64,000 nucleotides of DNA from Candidatus Aenigmatarchaeota archaeon (GCA_016187335.1 JACPJW010000001.1:768001-832000), one strand, 5' to 3'; shown: positions 9,236 to 19,251, numbered from the stretch's first letter. Notes: a model not told the origin generated them from the letters alone. Program-made: numbers and translations.

Positions 9236-9463
9236 ATGACTGAAGCAACAAAGAAAGAAAAGTTTTCCGGCGGAAGAAAGTTGATTTCACTAATCGTTAT
9301 GCTTTTGCTCGTTGTTTCCGTGATTTTCGCCAGCGGCTGCGTATCGCAGCCGAAGACGACGATAAAGAGCGAGCGCGAAGTCGGCGAAGCCGTGACGAAC
9401 ATAAGCGGCGACGTGGAAGACGTCTCGCAGATACTCAACGACATAGACAGGAAGCTGGGATAA
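9236..9463 (+). CDS. Small lipoprotein
   Basis: Basic N-region, hydrophobic stretch, lipobox-like FASGC, short amphipathic C-terminus; 17 nt downstream of the large Cys-rich gene. Confidence 0.7.
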   Translation: MTEATKKEKFSGGRKLISLIVMLLLVVSVIFASGCVSQPKTTIKSEREVGEAVTNISGDVEDVSQILNDIDRKLG

Positions 9464-9504
9464 TTTATCAGATCAGAAAGCTATTCATGCTGCAAAATTT
9501 ATTT

Positions 9505-9588
9505 CAAGAACATTGAAACTGCTGTCTTCAGAGACTCTAAGTTTCTGAAAGAAAACCTTTGGTTTCTCCGAGTTTTTGAAAAGTTCAC
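9505..9588. repeat. Mosaic of REP-like palindromic modules between convergent genes
   Basis: AAACTGCTGTCTTCAGA (9516-9532) is identical to 52146-52162; also GAAAACC-TTT-GGTTTC hairpin and a half unit TTTTGAAAAGTTCA overlapping the stop at 9585. Confidence 0.55.
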
Positions 9589-10151
9589 CTGAAGCTCTTC
9601 CCGCAGCCGCATGCTGAGCGCACGTTGGGATTGCTTATCTTGAATCCGGAGCCCTGCAGGGTTTCCACGTAATCCAGGGTCGAGCCGCCGAGATGCTCCA
9701 GGTCTGATTTGCTTATAAAGAATTCCACGCCCTGCACATCAAAAACCATGTCGCCCTCGACAGCGGTTTGCTCAAAATCCATAAGATATGTTAATCCGGA
9801 GCATCCGCCGGGAACAACGCCGACGCGCAGGCCCCACCCTTCCTTTCCGTCCTTTTGCATGAATTCCCTGGCCTTCATGGCGGCTCTTTCCGTAACAATA
9901 AAGCTCCTGTCTTCTGTTTTTTCCGGCTGGTTTTCAGCCAGGTGGTTCAGGTCTTCAACGAGCGCTGCCAGCTGCTCCTCGGGCATGCCGTGCCCCGATG
10001 CTCCCTGTTCTATTGTTTCGTAAAGTGACACTCCGCAGCCGAAGCAGTGCAGGCCGTGGCGAAGCATTATATCAATGGAAGCAGGGTATTTCCTGACCAG
10101 ATCGGCTATTACCATGTCCTTTGTTATTGTTGATGCCTGCATAATGATCAC
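9585..10151 (-). CDS. DUF1858 domain fused to IscA/HesB (A-type Fe-S carrier)
   Basis: N-terminal ITKDMVI...HGLHCFGC (DUF1858); C-terminal GGCSGLTY and SACGCGKSF (A-type carrier Cys motifs). Confidence 0.88.
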   Translation of the reverse strand: MIIMQASTITKDMVIADLVRKYPASIDIMLRHGLHCFGCGVSLYETIEQGASGHGMPEEQLAALVEDLNHLAENQPEKTEDRSFIVTERAAMKAREFMQKDGKEGWGLRVGVVPGGCSGLTYLMDFEQTAVEGDMVFDVQGVEFFISKSDLEHLGGSTLDYVETLQGSGFKISNPNVRSACGCGKSFR

Positions 10152-10207
10152 TTAATTTCTGTCAAAACTACTAAAACTTTATTTATGCCGCCTGCTCATT
10201 ATAGGAC

Positions 10208-10825
10208 ATGAGAAATATAAAAGCCATCATCTTCGACCTCGGGGGCGTCGTTATAGACTGGAGCGACGACATCGTCTATAGAAAAGCGGCAAAGATATCA
10301 GGAATTCGTTTCAAAAAGCTGCAAAAGGCCGCTGAAGACGAGATGGATTCGTTCTGCAAAGGAAAGATAACCGAGACGGAATTCTGGCGCCGCGCGCTGA
10401 GAAAAAGCGGGCATCCTAAGAATCATGTCTTGCTCAGGCTGGACAGGCTGTGGTACCATGAATACAGGAAAAGCGCCCGCCTGAACAGGGAAGTCATAAA
10501 GATAATCAGGAAAATACGCGCCAGATATAAGGTAGGCGTTATTTCCAACATTTCGCCTGTGCACGATGCTGTCAACAAAAAAAGAAGATATTACAGATAC
10601 ACGGACAACGAGGTTCTTTCGCATAAGGTGGGCATCATAAAGCCCGACCTGCGCATATACCGCATAGCCTTGAAGAAGCTCAGATGCGAGCCTTCGGAAT
10701 GCCTGTTCATTGACGACAAAATCAGAAATGTCAGAGGCGCACGCAAGGCTGGAATGAACGCCGCGCAGTTCAAAGACGCTGCCCGGCTGAAAAGGGATCT
10801 GAAGAGGTTTGGCATTGAAGTTTAG
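10208..10825 (+). CDS. HAD-superfamily hydrolase
   Basis: Motif I FDLGGV, motif II SN, KPD, motif IV FIDD. Confidence 0.9.
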   Translation: MRNIKAIIFDLGGVVIDWSDDIVYRKAAKISGIRFKKLQKAAEDEMDSFCKGKITETEFWRRALRKSGHPKNHVLLRLDRLWYHEYRKSARLNREVIKIIRKIRARYKVGVISNISPVHDAVNKKRRYYRYTDNEVLSHKVGIIKPDLRIYRIALKKLRCEPSECLFIDDKIRNVRGARKAGMNAAQFKDAARLKRDLKRFGIEV

Positions 10826-10855
10826 GTTTTAATAATTAAGGCACTTAGCTAATTC

Positions 10856-11155
10856 ATGGAAAGAAGAATGCCCCTAGAAGAGCTTGTGGATTCTAAGGTT
10901 GCGCTTGCTGCTTACCGAATGGCTGGTGAAATAGGCAGGGTTTATGAACCCGAACTTATTGAAAGATGCAGCCAGTTGGAGTTAGAACCAGGATTAACAT
11001 TAAGCCCCCGCGATGTTTTTGCATCAGTCAGACGGCTTCAAATAAATAGATATTTGACGCCAGCTGAAGAAGAAGAATGGTATGTTGTTAACAAGAAAGA
11101 AATAGATCTGCACTGGGGCCTATTGAAAAGAAATAATTTGAAGCGGTTGTCTTAA
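10856..11155 (+). CDS. Hypothetical protein (possible winged-helix)
   Basis: 99-aa ORF filling an intergenic gap; helix-then-beta pattern only. Confidence 0.5.
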   Translation: MERRMPLEELVDSKVALAAYRMAGEIGRVYEPELIERCSQLELEPGLTLSPRDVFASVRRLQINRYLTPAEEEEWYVVNKKEIDLHWGLLKRNNLKRLS

Positions 11156-12282
11156 AACTCTGTCAAATCCGCCCGCTTAAGAGCTTCCTTTATCATTTCT
11201 CCTGTGTCCAGCTTGCTTTCTAATTCCTTTATCTTTTTTACTGCTGCTTTGGTTTCCGGATGCTTCGCGACGAGGAATGTGCAGCAGTCCTCGTAAGGGA
11301 TTATTGACGTCTTGTAAGTTCCTATGTGCTCGGCTGCTTCTATTATCTCCTGCTTGTTCATGCCTATGAGCGGCGCGAACACGGGGTAGCGCGCGGCTTC
11401 GTATACGGCGTTTATGTTCTCCAGGGTTTGCGACGCTACCTGGCCTATGTTGTCGCCCATGACAAAGCCTTTTGCGCCTTCCCTGCGCAATATCTCCTCG
11501 GCAATTTTCAGCATGAGACGGCGGTAGATGAGAATGCGGTAGCGCGGCGGCACATGCTTCACAAGCTCGGTTTGCAGTTCCAGGAACGGAACCATGTACA
11601 GTTTTGATTTTAACTGGAATCTGTTCAGTTCTTTGACGAGGTTTTCAATTTTCTTTTTCTTTGCCGCCTTAGCTTTTTCATCGTAGTTGTAGAAATGAAC
11701 AAAAACAACCTCGCATCCCCTTTTCATCAGCGAATAAGCCGCCACGGGCGAATCAATTCCTCCGGAAAGCAGGCAGACCACCTTTCCTGCTGTGCCCACA
11801 GGCAGGCCGCCTATGCCTCTGGCTTTCTCGGTGTAAACAAATGCCTGCTTGGGATCTATTTCTAGGTATACAGTCAGGCCCGGCTTGTTCAGTTTCACCC
11901 TCATCTTTGTGTGCGCAAGAACGTATTCGCCCAGTATGTTGTTCAGCTGCAGCGAGTTGTAGGGGAACTTCTTGTCGGAGCGGCTTGCATCTATGCGGAA
12001 CGTTTTCGCCTTGCTTTTCTTTGCCACAGCAAGAACAGTGTCCTTTATTTCTTCCAGCTTCGGTTCGACAGAGCGGCAGAAAGAAAAATGGGCAATGCCT
12101 GGAATGTGCTGTAGGACAAGCCCGTTTTCTTTGCTGTGCGTTGCTTCGACAAGTATTTTCCCGTAAAGCCTTTCTGCTTTTGCATTCAGGGCCTTCCCGA
12201 TGTTTCTGACCAGCGTGTTTTCAAAGAACGGCCTGTTGTTGCCTTTGGTGCCGATTTCGGAGTAATGCACAAGAATGGACAT
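11152..12282 (-). CDS. thiI: tRNA 4-thiouridine synthase ThiI (THUMP + PP-loop, no rhodanese domain)
   Basis: HYSEIGTKGNNR, THUMP, PP-loop LLSGGIDSPVA, GDNIGQVASQT, YEDCC. Confidence 0.95.
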   Translation of the reverse strand: MSILVHYSEIGTKGNNRPFFENTLVRNIGKALNAKAERLYGKILVEATHSKENGLVLQHIPGIAHFSFCRSVEPKLEEIKDTVLAVAKKSKAKTFRIDASRSDKKFPYNSLQLNNILGEYVLAHTKMRVKLNKPGLTVYLEIDPKQAFVYTEKARGIGGLPVGTAGKVVCLLSGGIDSPVAAYSLMKRGCEVVFVHFYNYDEKAKAAKKKKIENLVKELNRFQLKSKLYMVPFLELQTELVKHVPPRYRILIYRRLMLKIAEEILRREGAKGFVMGDNIGQVASQTLENINAVYEAARYPVFAPLIGMNKQEIIEAAEHIGTYKTSIIPYEDCCTFLVAKHPETKAAVKKIKELESKLDTGEMIKEALKRADLTEF

Positions 12283-12353
12283 GATTACACCAATAAGAAT
12301 GAAGTTTCAAAGAAACTTATATTCATTTCTTGAAAAGAAAGATTAAAAGGTAA

Positions 12354-12995
12354 TCATATCAATCTGCATAATCTTTCTAAAGTAATCAGCGATTGGGTAT
12401 CATTCGGAGACCCTAAGTTAAGATGAATGGATAAGGAACCCTTTCTATAAGCTTCAGGTACGCTTCGGTCGCTTCCTGTGTATTGTATATTCATCCTTGA
12501 ATATCTTGCTTCTGCTTGCGGCACTCGTTTTGTTGCTTTAATGTAAACTTTTAGTGGCAGAATTTCTCTCACAGGGTCTTTCATAACAAACGGGACGTCC
12601 AGTTCAAATCTGATAACACCTACTCTGCCTGTTTCTGTAGAGTATCTGAACCCCCCTTGGTGTAGTATTTTTCCCATTTCTTCAAATGCGGCAACATGCA
12701 AAGGTTGCGTTACTTTATGCAAATCTAACATTCCTAATGGCATTTGCGGCTGTTCTTCTCCATTATAGGCATGGCCGAAAGGCGGATATATCTGGGCATT
12801 ATAGCCCGACTGTAAGGAAAGTTGAGGTGCAAAAGATATGCAAGTGCTTCTTGCTACGTTTCCAACATGTATGTTCCATTCCAGGGGAGTTGTCTGAAGA
12901 GCATTGAGTATTTCTTTGACAACACCGTCATAATTACATTCTGGTATAACTATGGGTGGTTTTGTAACAACTTTAGTGTCCGATTCTACAGCCAT
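12354..12995 (-). CDS. Hypothetical protein
   Basis: 213-aa ORF with no recognisable motif; AT-richer codon usage than flanking housekeeping genes. Confidence 0.6.
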   Translation of the reverse strand: MAVESDTKVVTKPPIVIPECNYDGVVKEILNALQTTPLEWNIHVGNVARSTCISFAPQLSLQSGYNAQIYPPFGHAYNGEEQPQMPLGMLDLHKVTQPLHVAAFEEMGKILHQGGFRYSTETGRVGVIRFELDVPFVMKDPVREILPLKVYIKATKRVPQAEARYSRMNIQYTGSDRSVPEAYRKGSLSIHLNLGSPNDTQSLITLERLCRLI

Positions 12996-13106
12996 AATGA
13001 TTGTAATTCATGTTAGAGATTTAAAGTAAAAGTCAAATATAACCGTGGTGGTATCGAAGTACAGGCTAATTACAATTCTTTTGGTTAAACTTTGGAGAAG
13101 CAAAGT

Positions 13107-13880
13107 TTACCTGAAATACTCCACGGCATTCCTGAATATCTTCATGCCGTCGCCTTCCCTTGGCAATGAGCCTTCTGCTTTCATTCTTGTCCATCTTGGG
13201 TGCAAAAAAGGATGAACATACGCTTCAGGATGGGGCATCATGCCGTATACCCTGCCAGAAGGGTCGCATATGCCCGCAACAGCGCGCATAGCGCCGTTGG
13301 GATTTTCGGGATAAGGAGGGCTGCTTTCACCGTTTCTTCCTACGTATCTTGCTACAACCAGATTTTCCCTTTCCAGCCTGTCAAGAATATCATCAGGAGC
13401 ATAAAACATTCCTTCGCCGTGGCGGACAGGCAGATATGTAGTGCCTTGCGTGAATACGCAGGGCGATCTTTCATTGACGGCAAGATAAACCCACCTGTCC
13501 TCGAACTTCCCTGAAGCGTTGTAAGTAAGCGTGACCAGCTGCTCAAAATCAGCATAAGGCAGAAGGCCGCTTTTCACAAGCGCCTGAAAACCGTTGCATA
13601 TGCCTAAAACAAGCCTGTCTCCTTCGATGAATTTTCTTAATTTGTCTTCTATCCTTCTTAGTTGCGTTGCAAAAACGCGCGCAGACGCTATGTCGTCGCC
13701 GTCAAGAAATCCGCCCGGGATAACGAAAATCTGGTAATTCAGGATATCAGCATCACCTGAAAGAACATCTCCTGTAAGAATGCGTTCAGCTTCTGCTCCA
13801 GCCCGTTCAAACGCATATTTCATTTCCAAATCCGTGTTCAGACCTCTTCCGGTCAGGACCAATGCTTTCGGTTTTGCCAT
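13107..13880 (-). CDS. purQ: FGAM synthase glutaminase subunit PurQ
   Basis: PGGFLDGD, catalytic GICNGFQ, PVRHGEG, GMMPHPE. Confidence 0.95.
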   Translation of the reverse strand: MAKPKALVLTGRGLNTDLEMKYAFERAGAEAERILTGDVLSGDADILNYQIFVIPGGFLDGDDIASARVFATQLRRIEDKLRKFIEGDRLVLGICNGFQALVKSGLLPYADFEQLVTLTYNASGKFEDRWVYLAVNERSPCVFTQGTTYLPVRHGEGMFYAPDDILDRLERENLVVARYVGRNGESSPPYPENPNGAMRAVAGICDPSGRVYGMMPHPEAYVHPFLHPRWTRMKAEGSLPREGDGMKIFRNAVEYFR

Positions 13881-13881
13881 G

Positions 13882-16797
13882 CTACCATCTCAGCGTTTTT
13901 TGCCACGCTTCTTTCAGCTCGTGCACAGGCAAATATGCTATATTCTTATTTCCGGAATATATCTCCAGATTGTTTCCGCCTACGTAACCGATTAATCTCG
14001 CGTTTCTTCCTAAAACAGATTCAAATCTCTGTGCGCGCTGCTCAGGAACTTCGACAACAAAACGGGAGTTCGATTCGGAAAACAGAACATAATCGTTTCT
14101 GGGAATTGCGCCTGCGATGTTGTCCAGATACACCCGCATTCCGTAACCACCGGCAAAGGCCATTTCAGCCAAAGCAACGCCAAGCCCGCCATCAGAACAA
14201 TCATGGCATGAAGCAACGTAACCCCTGCTTATTGCTTGGTTGAGCGCTCTATAGGTTTTTCTGGCTTTAGCTGCGTCCACCTTAGGAATATTGTTGCCGA
14301 TCCATGCCTCGCCTTTACGGGAGCCCATCATCGCGAAGTATTCAGACCCGCCTAATTCAGGATAAGTACCACCAACAACGTAAACCAGATTTCCAGGGCG
14401 CTTTGCATCCATTGTGACCGCTTTTCTTATGTCAGGTATTACTCCACCTGAAGAGATGAGCAATGTCGGCGGAACAGAAATTCTTATGCCGGTTTCTTTG
14501 TCAAAATAATCGTTGAACATGCTGTCCTTTCCTGAAATAAAAGGCGTGCCAAAGGCAACGGAGTAGTCATGACATGCCTTTCCCGCCCTGACAAGCTGCG
14601 CAAGCCTGTATGCGTCATCAGATGATGACCAGCAGAAATTGTCAAGCAGCCATATTCTTTCAGGAGTTGCACCAGCCGCAACAGCGTTCCTTATTGCCTC
14701 GTCAATATTAGATGCAGCCATATGATACGTGTCAACTAGTCCGTAATTGGCATTGATGCCGTGAGCAACCACCAAACCGCGGAACGACATTTTTCTCTGC
14801 ATTTCCAGCGGCCAGATAACAGCAGCGTCGCTCGGTCCGTCGTTGGCTGCGCCGGTGAAAGGCTTGACAACTGTCTGTGCCTGCACTTCATGGTCATACA
14901 TCCTCACGGTTGATTCCTTGCTTGCAATATTATGTCTTCCTAGAATTTCCAGCAATGCATAATCAATATCAGGCTCGGGAAAATCGGGCTCTTCATAACA
15001 GGGCTGTTGCCATTTTGCGCGAAGACGTTTTTTGGGAACGCCGTTATGCAGGAAATCCATCTCAAGTTTTGTCGCAAGCCTTCTGTCAAATGTAACTTCG
15101 AAATAACCGGTGTCCGTAAACTCGCCGATGACAGTTGCTTCCACTCCATACCTGCGCGCCAGCGAGCGGAACTCATCAATCTTGCTCGGATGGACAGCAA
15201 GCGTCATCCTGTTCTGCGACTCACTGAGTAATATCTCCCATGGCTTCATTCCAGCGTATTTCAGCGGCACCTTGTCTAAATAAAGTCTGGCGCCGCCGCT
15301 CTCTTTTGCCATTTCGCCTACGGAACACGACAAGCCGCCGGCGCCGTTGTCCCCTATACTTTTGTATAATCCCCTGTCACGCGCTGCAAGAAGGAAATCA
15401 AACTCGTTTTTCTGCACGATAGGCTCGTCAAGCTGCACTGCTGTTGCAGGCGATCCTTTATGCAAAGCTTCAGAAGAAAATGTTGCGCCGTGTATGCCGT
15501 CCTTCCCTGTCCTGCCGCCGACAAGAATTATTTTATTCCCCCCATCCGCTTTTTTCACATGCGTCGGTCTTCCGTTGATTTGCGCAGGCATGATTCCCTC
15601 CGAGCGGACATAAACCAGAGGCTTGCCCATGTAACTGATTATTGTTTCCTTTCCTGAAAGGGTTTCAACAACAGATCCATGCGGATAAGAATCAAACCTT
15701 ATCGAGCCGTTAACAGTCGGAATACCGCATTTGTTTCCGCCGTCACGCACGCCGCTCCTGACACCGGTGAAGGTGCGTCTTGGATGGAATATTCTGGGCG
15801 GCAGAGGTCCAGAATAATCAGGCGGCGCAAAGCAGAATATATCCGCGCGTGCGATTTCTCTTGCCCCAAGTCCTGCAGCCATTGTGTCACGTGCAACGCC
15901 GTTGACGCCTGTGATTGCCCCTCCGTAAGGGTCCAGAGCAGAAGGAGAATTATGAGTTTCGGCCTTGTCAGCCACATGAAATTCATTATCGAATTTTACT
16001 ATGCCCGCGTTGTCGCTGAACACGGAAACCAGCCAGTCCAGTCCCCGTCTTTGTAATTCATCAGTTGCGCCGCGTATGTAGGTTGCGAATAAAGAATTTA
16101 TTGTTTCTACGGCTCCGTTTTCTTCATATTCTATGACAGCGCGGAAAATGTTGTGCTTGCAGTGTTCGCTCCATGTCTGCGCTAGTGATTCTATTTCAGC
16201 ATCAGTGTAAATATCACGATGAGCCTGTATTGCTCTCATGAATTCAAGGTCGAGCGCAAGGTTTCTTTCCCTGCTTATCTGCATCAATCCTTCACCGCTT
16301 ACGCCAAGGTCTATGTATTCGATTACTGGTGCTTCTGTGAGGCGGACAACTGGAAGATAGATGCCCATGCCTTCGCGTGGAATCCACTCACTTCTTTTTT
16401 TTACATGCATGCGATGTATCAGCGGGTTGTAAAGATGATGACCGCCGGCTATACCCGCAGCTTCTTCCTCACTGACGCCTTTGACAAAATACAGCCTTGA
16501 CGTATAAACAGGATGATTTTTTCCTATAACATCAGCCATTGCAGAGCTTGCAGTATTGCCTACATTGTCGGTGACGCCCGGCCAGAATCCGATTTCTACT
16601 GCATAGTCCCAGTCAAAATCATTCCCTAAAGGCGTCAAAGAAAACCTTTGCATCACGGGGTCGGTAAAAAGTTCCCTACCAAGCTTTTGCGCTTCTGTTT
16701 CGTTTATCCCGTCTAATGTGTAAACATCCGCCGTAAGGACATCAGCATCTCTCACTCTTTTGCTCGTGGCATCAGAAACTTCTATGCGCACAGCCAT
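13882..16797 (-). CDS. purL: FGAM synthase synthetase subunit PurL with N-terminal PurS-like extension
   Basis: QTWSEHCKH, KAETHNSPSALDP, GGRTGKDGIHGATFSS, LLDNFCW, ISGKDSM, HDCSDGG; 971 aa. Confidence 0.95.
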   Translation of the reverse strand: MAVRIEVSDATSKRVRDADVLTADVYTLDGINETEAQKLGRELFTDPVMQRFSLTPLGNDFDWDYAVEIGFWPGVTDNVGNTASSAMADVIGKNHPVYTSRLYFVKGVSEEEAAGIAGGHHLYNPLIHRMHVKKRSEWIPREGMGIYLPVVRLTEAPVIEYIDLGVSGEGLMQISRERNLALDLEFMRAIQAHRDIYTDAEIESLAQTWSEHCKHNIFRAVIEYEENGAVETINSLFATYIRGATDELQRRGLDWLVSVFSDNAGIVKFDNEFHVADKAETHNSPSALDPYGGAITGVNGVARDTMAAGLGAREIARADIFCFAPPDYSGPLPPRIFHPRRTFTGVRSGVRDGGNKCGIPTVNGSIRFDSYPHGSVVETLSGKETIISYMGKPLVYVRSEGIMPAQINGRPTHVKKADGGNKIILVGGRTGKDGIHGATFSSEALHKGSPATAVQLDEPIVQKNEFDFLLAARDRGLYKSIGDNGAGGLSCSVGEMAKESGGARLYLDKVPLKYAGMKPWEILLSESQNRMTLAVHPSKIDEFRSLARRYGVEATVIGEFTDTGYFEVTFDRRLATKLEMDFLHNGVPKKRLRAKWQQPCYEEPDFPEPDIDYALLEILGRHNIASKESTVRMYDHEVQAQTVVKPFTGAANDGPSDAAVIWPLEMQRKMSFRGLVVAHGINANYGLVDTYHMAASNIDEAIRNAVAAGATPERIWLLDNFCWSSSDDAYRLAQLVRAGKACHDYSVAFGTPFISGKDSMFNDYFDKETGIRISVPPTLLISSGGVIPDIRKAVTMDAKRPGNLVYVVGGTYPELGGSEYFAMMGSRKGEAWIGNNIPKVDAAKARKTYRALNQAISRGYVASCHDCSDGGLGVALAEMAFAGGYGMRVYLDNIAGAIPRNDYVLFSESNSRFVVEVPEQRAQRFESVLGRNARLIGYVGGNNLEIYSGNKNIAYLPVHELKEAWQKTLRW

Positions 16798-16858
16798 TGC
16801 GTAAACTAACCCGCAAAAATATAAAAGCAGAACCAGTAAAGCGTTTAGTTTATTTTGT

Positions 16859-17752
16859 TTAAATAGAAGACGTTAAGACTCCTTCCATCGAATATCCGCC
16901 GTAAGGAAGTTCTCTCCACACTTTGTCTTCCTGAAGCATGAATACTGTTGAATCGTCGACTGCAATGCGCCCCGAAGCTACTAATTCCATGGCTTTCACA
17001 AAAGCCGGACCGTCGCAGTTCCACTTCATCCATTCCTGCAATTCCGGAGCCTTTTCAGGACCTACATCAGCAATAACTGGAGGCGACCTCACTATTATCG
17101 ATCCTTCATCAACATTCCTTGTTGCTATATGTATCGAAGACCTCAGCAATATTTCGTTTGCCAAAAGCGCATCGCGTACTGCGTCAGCACCCTTGAATTT
17201 CCTTTGAAGGTTGTCTGCCGCTCTTAATGTTGCAACATCTTTTGTTTTCATATCGCCGGCATTTATTCTTTTCACATATTGTCCGGACAAAACAGCAAGG
17301 TCAGCGGGGTGGACGTTAAATACGTGGTTGTCATACAATCCTGATCCCCACTCTCTGCCGTTTTTATCGGTTTCTCTTACGAAAGGATATCTGAGAATCT
17401 TCATCAGGCCTGAAAGAACCACAAAATCCGGGTCGAAGCGCCCTTCTATAAGATCTAAAACATAACCCCAATAACCATATTTCGAATATTGATTTTTCGG
17501 ATCTAGTCCATGTTCAGCAAAATATTCTTCAGGCTCCTGGAACCTGACAACCGGCATGTGAGGTTTTAAATGTTCTATGCCGCTAGCTTCGGGATTGTGG
17601 GTCGCTGCAACTACAAACTGGTAAAGCTTGCCGTGGTTAGGGTCGTTGAGCATATATCTTATCGAGCTCGCCCCGCCGCTGAACAGCCCGGCAACGTACA
17701 TCGGCCTTTGGAGTTTCTGCGCAGGAAAAATAGGTTGCATTTCTTTTTGCAT
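16859..17752 (-). CDS. purN: Phosphoribosylglycinamide formyltransferase (PurN-like, with insertions)
   Basis: LFSGGAS phosphate loop, LSGLMKIL, NVHPADL, VDEGxII; context between purL and purD. Confidence 0.8.
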   Translation of the reverse strand: MQKEMQPIFPAQKLQRPMYVAGLFSGGASSIRYMLNDPNHGKLYQFVVAATHNPEASGIEHLKPHMPVVRFQEPEEYFAEHGLDPKNQYSKYGYWGYVLDLIEGRFDPDFVVLSGLMKILRYPFVRETDKNGREWGSGLYDNHVFNVHPADLAVLSGQYVKRINAGDMKTKDVATLRAADNLQRKFKGADAVRDALLANEILLRSSIHIATRNVDEGSIIVRSPPVIADVGPEKAPELQEWMKWNCDGPAFVKAMELVASGRIAVDDSTVFMLQEDKVWRELPYGGYSMEGVLTSSI

Positions 17753-17879
17753 TTTTTTGTTATCACTAATGTCTTTTTAAGATTAAGAAATTGCGGCGAA
17801 GCGTAATTTATCTGTAATTGAAAAGTGATTTGTCGAATCCCGAAAGAAGCGTAAAAAAGGTTTCTGTGAAAATGATAGC

Positions 17880-19247
17880 ATGAACGTTCTTGTTGTGGGT
17901 TCCGGCGGGCGCGAGCATTCTATTGTTTGGAAGCTTCTGCAGGAGCTTGGAAAATCCGATACAATTTACGTTGCCCCAGGAAACGGAGGAACAAAGATCT
18001 TAGGAATGGACTTGAACAGGGCTCGCTTAGGAACGGATTTGGACAAAGCTTGCGTCGTTAATGTCCCTATAAAATCCGATGACCTGAAACATCTGACTTA
18101 CTTTGCCAGGAATAATGACGTGGACTTGACCATCGTCGGGCCTGAAGCGCCCCTCGCCGCGGGAATTGTTGACGCTTTTAGTTATCAGGGGCTGAACATA
18201 TTCGGTCCTACAAAAATCGAGGCGAGGATAGAGTCAAGCAAGTCTTCTACGATGAGGTTGGCTTCGAGACTCAAAGTCCCTATACCGGAATACATGGTTG
18301 CTGAAGACCGCGATATTGCAATGAGATGCGGCAGATACTTTCTTCAAACCGGGAATCAGAGAGGCGTGGTAAAAGCTGACGGCCTTGCTGCCGGGAAGGG
18401 CGTCAAAGTTTATTCATCATTTGAAGAATTGGAAAAAGCTGTTAATGAAATGATGCGCGACGAGGTTTTCGGTTCAGCAGGCAAGAAAGTCATTCTCCAG
18501 CGGTTTCTTGAAGGCGAGGAAGCGTCTTTCATCGTCTGGACCGACGGCAAAAGCGTGGTGCCGCTTATCCCGACGCAGGACCACAAGCGCGCTTATGACG
18601 GCGACAAGGGACCTAACACAGGCGGAATGGGCGCTTACACTCGGCCGAATGCAACGCGCGGTCTGGAACAAAAAATAATGCGCGAAATAATTCATCCTGT
18701 GGTAGAAACGCTTCCTAATTACAGGGGAATCCTTTACGCCGGCTTGATGGTTGTAAACGGACAGCCTTATCTCCTTGAATTCAACTGTCGTTACGGCGAC
18801 CCTGAGACGCAGGCAGTCATGCCTTTGCTGAAATCATCGCTTCTCGACATAACAAATGCGTGCATTGACGGCAGGCTTGATCAGGCAAAAATAGAGTGGC
18901 ATCCCGATGAAGCGCTCTGTGTTGTCCTTGCGACAAAAGGCTATCCTGATGATTACAGTGACAATAAAGGAAAAGAAGTTTACGTTCCGGAAAGGCTTCC
19001 GGACAACACAATTGTATATCACGCAGGAACTGCGCTCAAAGACGGCAAACTGGTCAACTCAGGCGGCAGAGTCCTGAACGTTGTTGGAAAAGGAAAAAAT
19101 CTCCCGGTGGCGTACACCAACGCTTACCGTGTCATCGGTCATGACGGCGTCCATTTTGATAACATGCATTTCAGGAAAGATATCGGGTGGAGAACGTTAG
19201 GTAATGATTTTATGGAATCAGTAGGTGTTAGCAAATTCATTTCCTGA
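17880..19247 (+). CDS. purD: Phosphoribosylamine-glycine ligase
   Basis: VGSGGREH, VGPEAPL, KADGLAAGKGV, QDHKRAYDGDKGPNTGGMGAY, EFNCRYGDPE, GGRVL. Confidence 0.96.
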   Translation: MNVLVVGSGGREHSIVWKLLQELGKSDTIYVAPGNGGTKILGMDLNRARLGTDLDKACVVNVPIKSDDLKHLTYFARNNDVDLTIVGPEAPLAAGIVDAFSYQGLNIFGPTKIEARIESSKSSTMRLASRLKVPIPEYMVAEDRDIAMRCGRYFLQTGNQRGVVKADGLAAGKGVKVYSSFEELEKAVNEMMRDEVFGSAGKKVILQRFLEGEEASFIVWTDGKSVVPLIPTQDHKRAYDGDKGPNTGGMGAYTRPNATRGLEQKIMREIIHPVVETLPNYRGILYAGLMVVNGQPYLLEFNCRYGDPETQAVMPLLKSSLLDITNACIDGRLDQAKIEWHPDEALCVVLATKGYPDDYSDNKGKEVYVPERLPDNTIVYHAGTALKDGKLVNSGGRVLNVVGKGKNLPVAYTNAYRVIGHDGVHFDNMHFRKDIGWRTLGNDFMESVGVSKFIS

Positions 19248-19251
19248 AATT

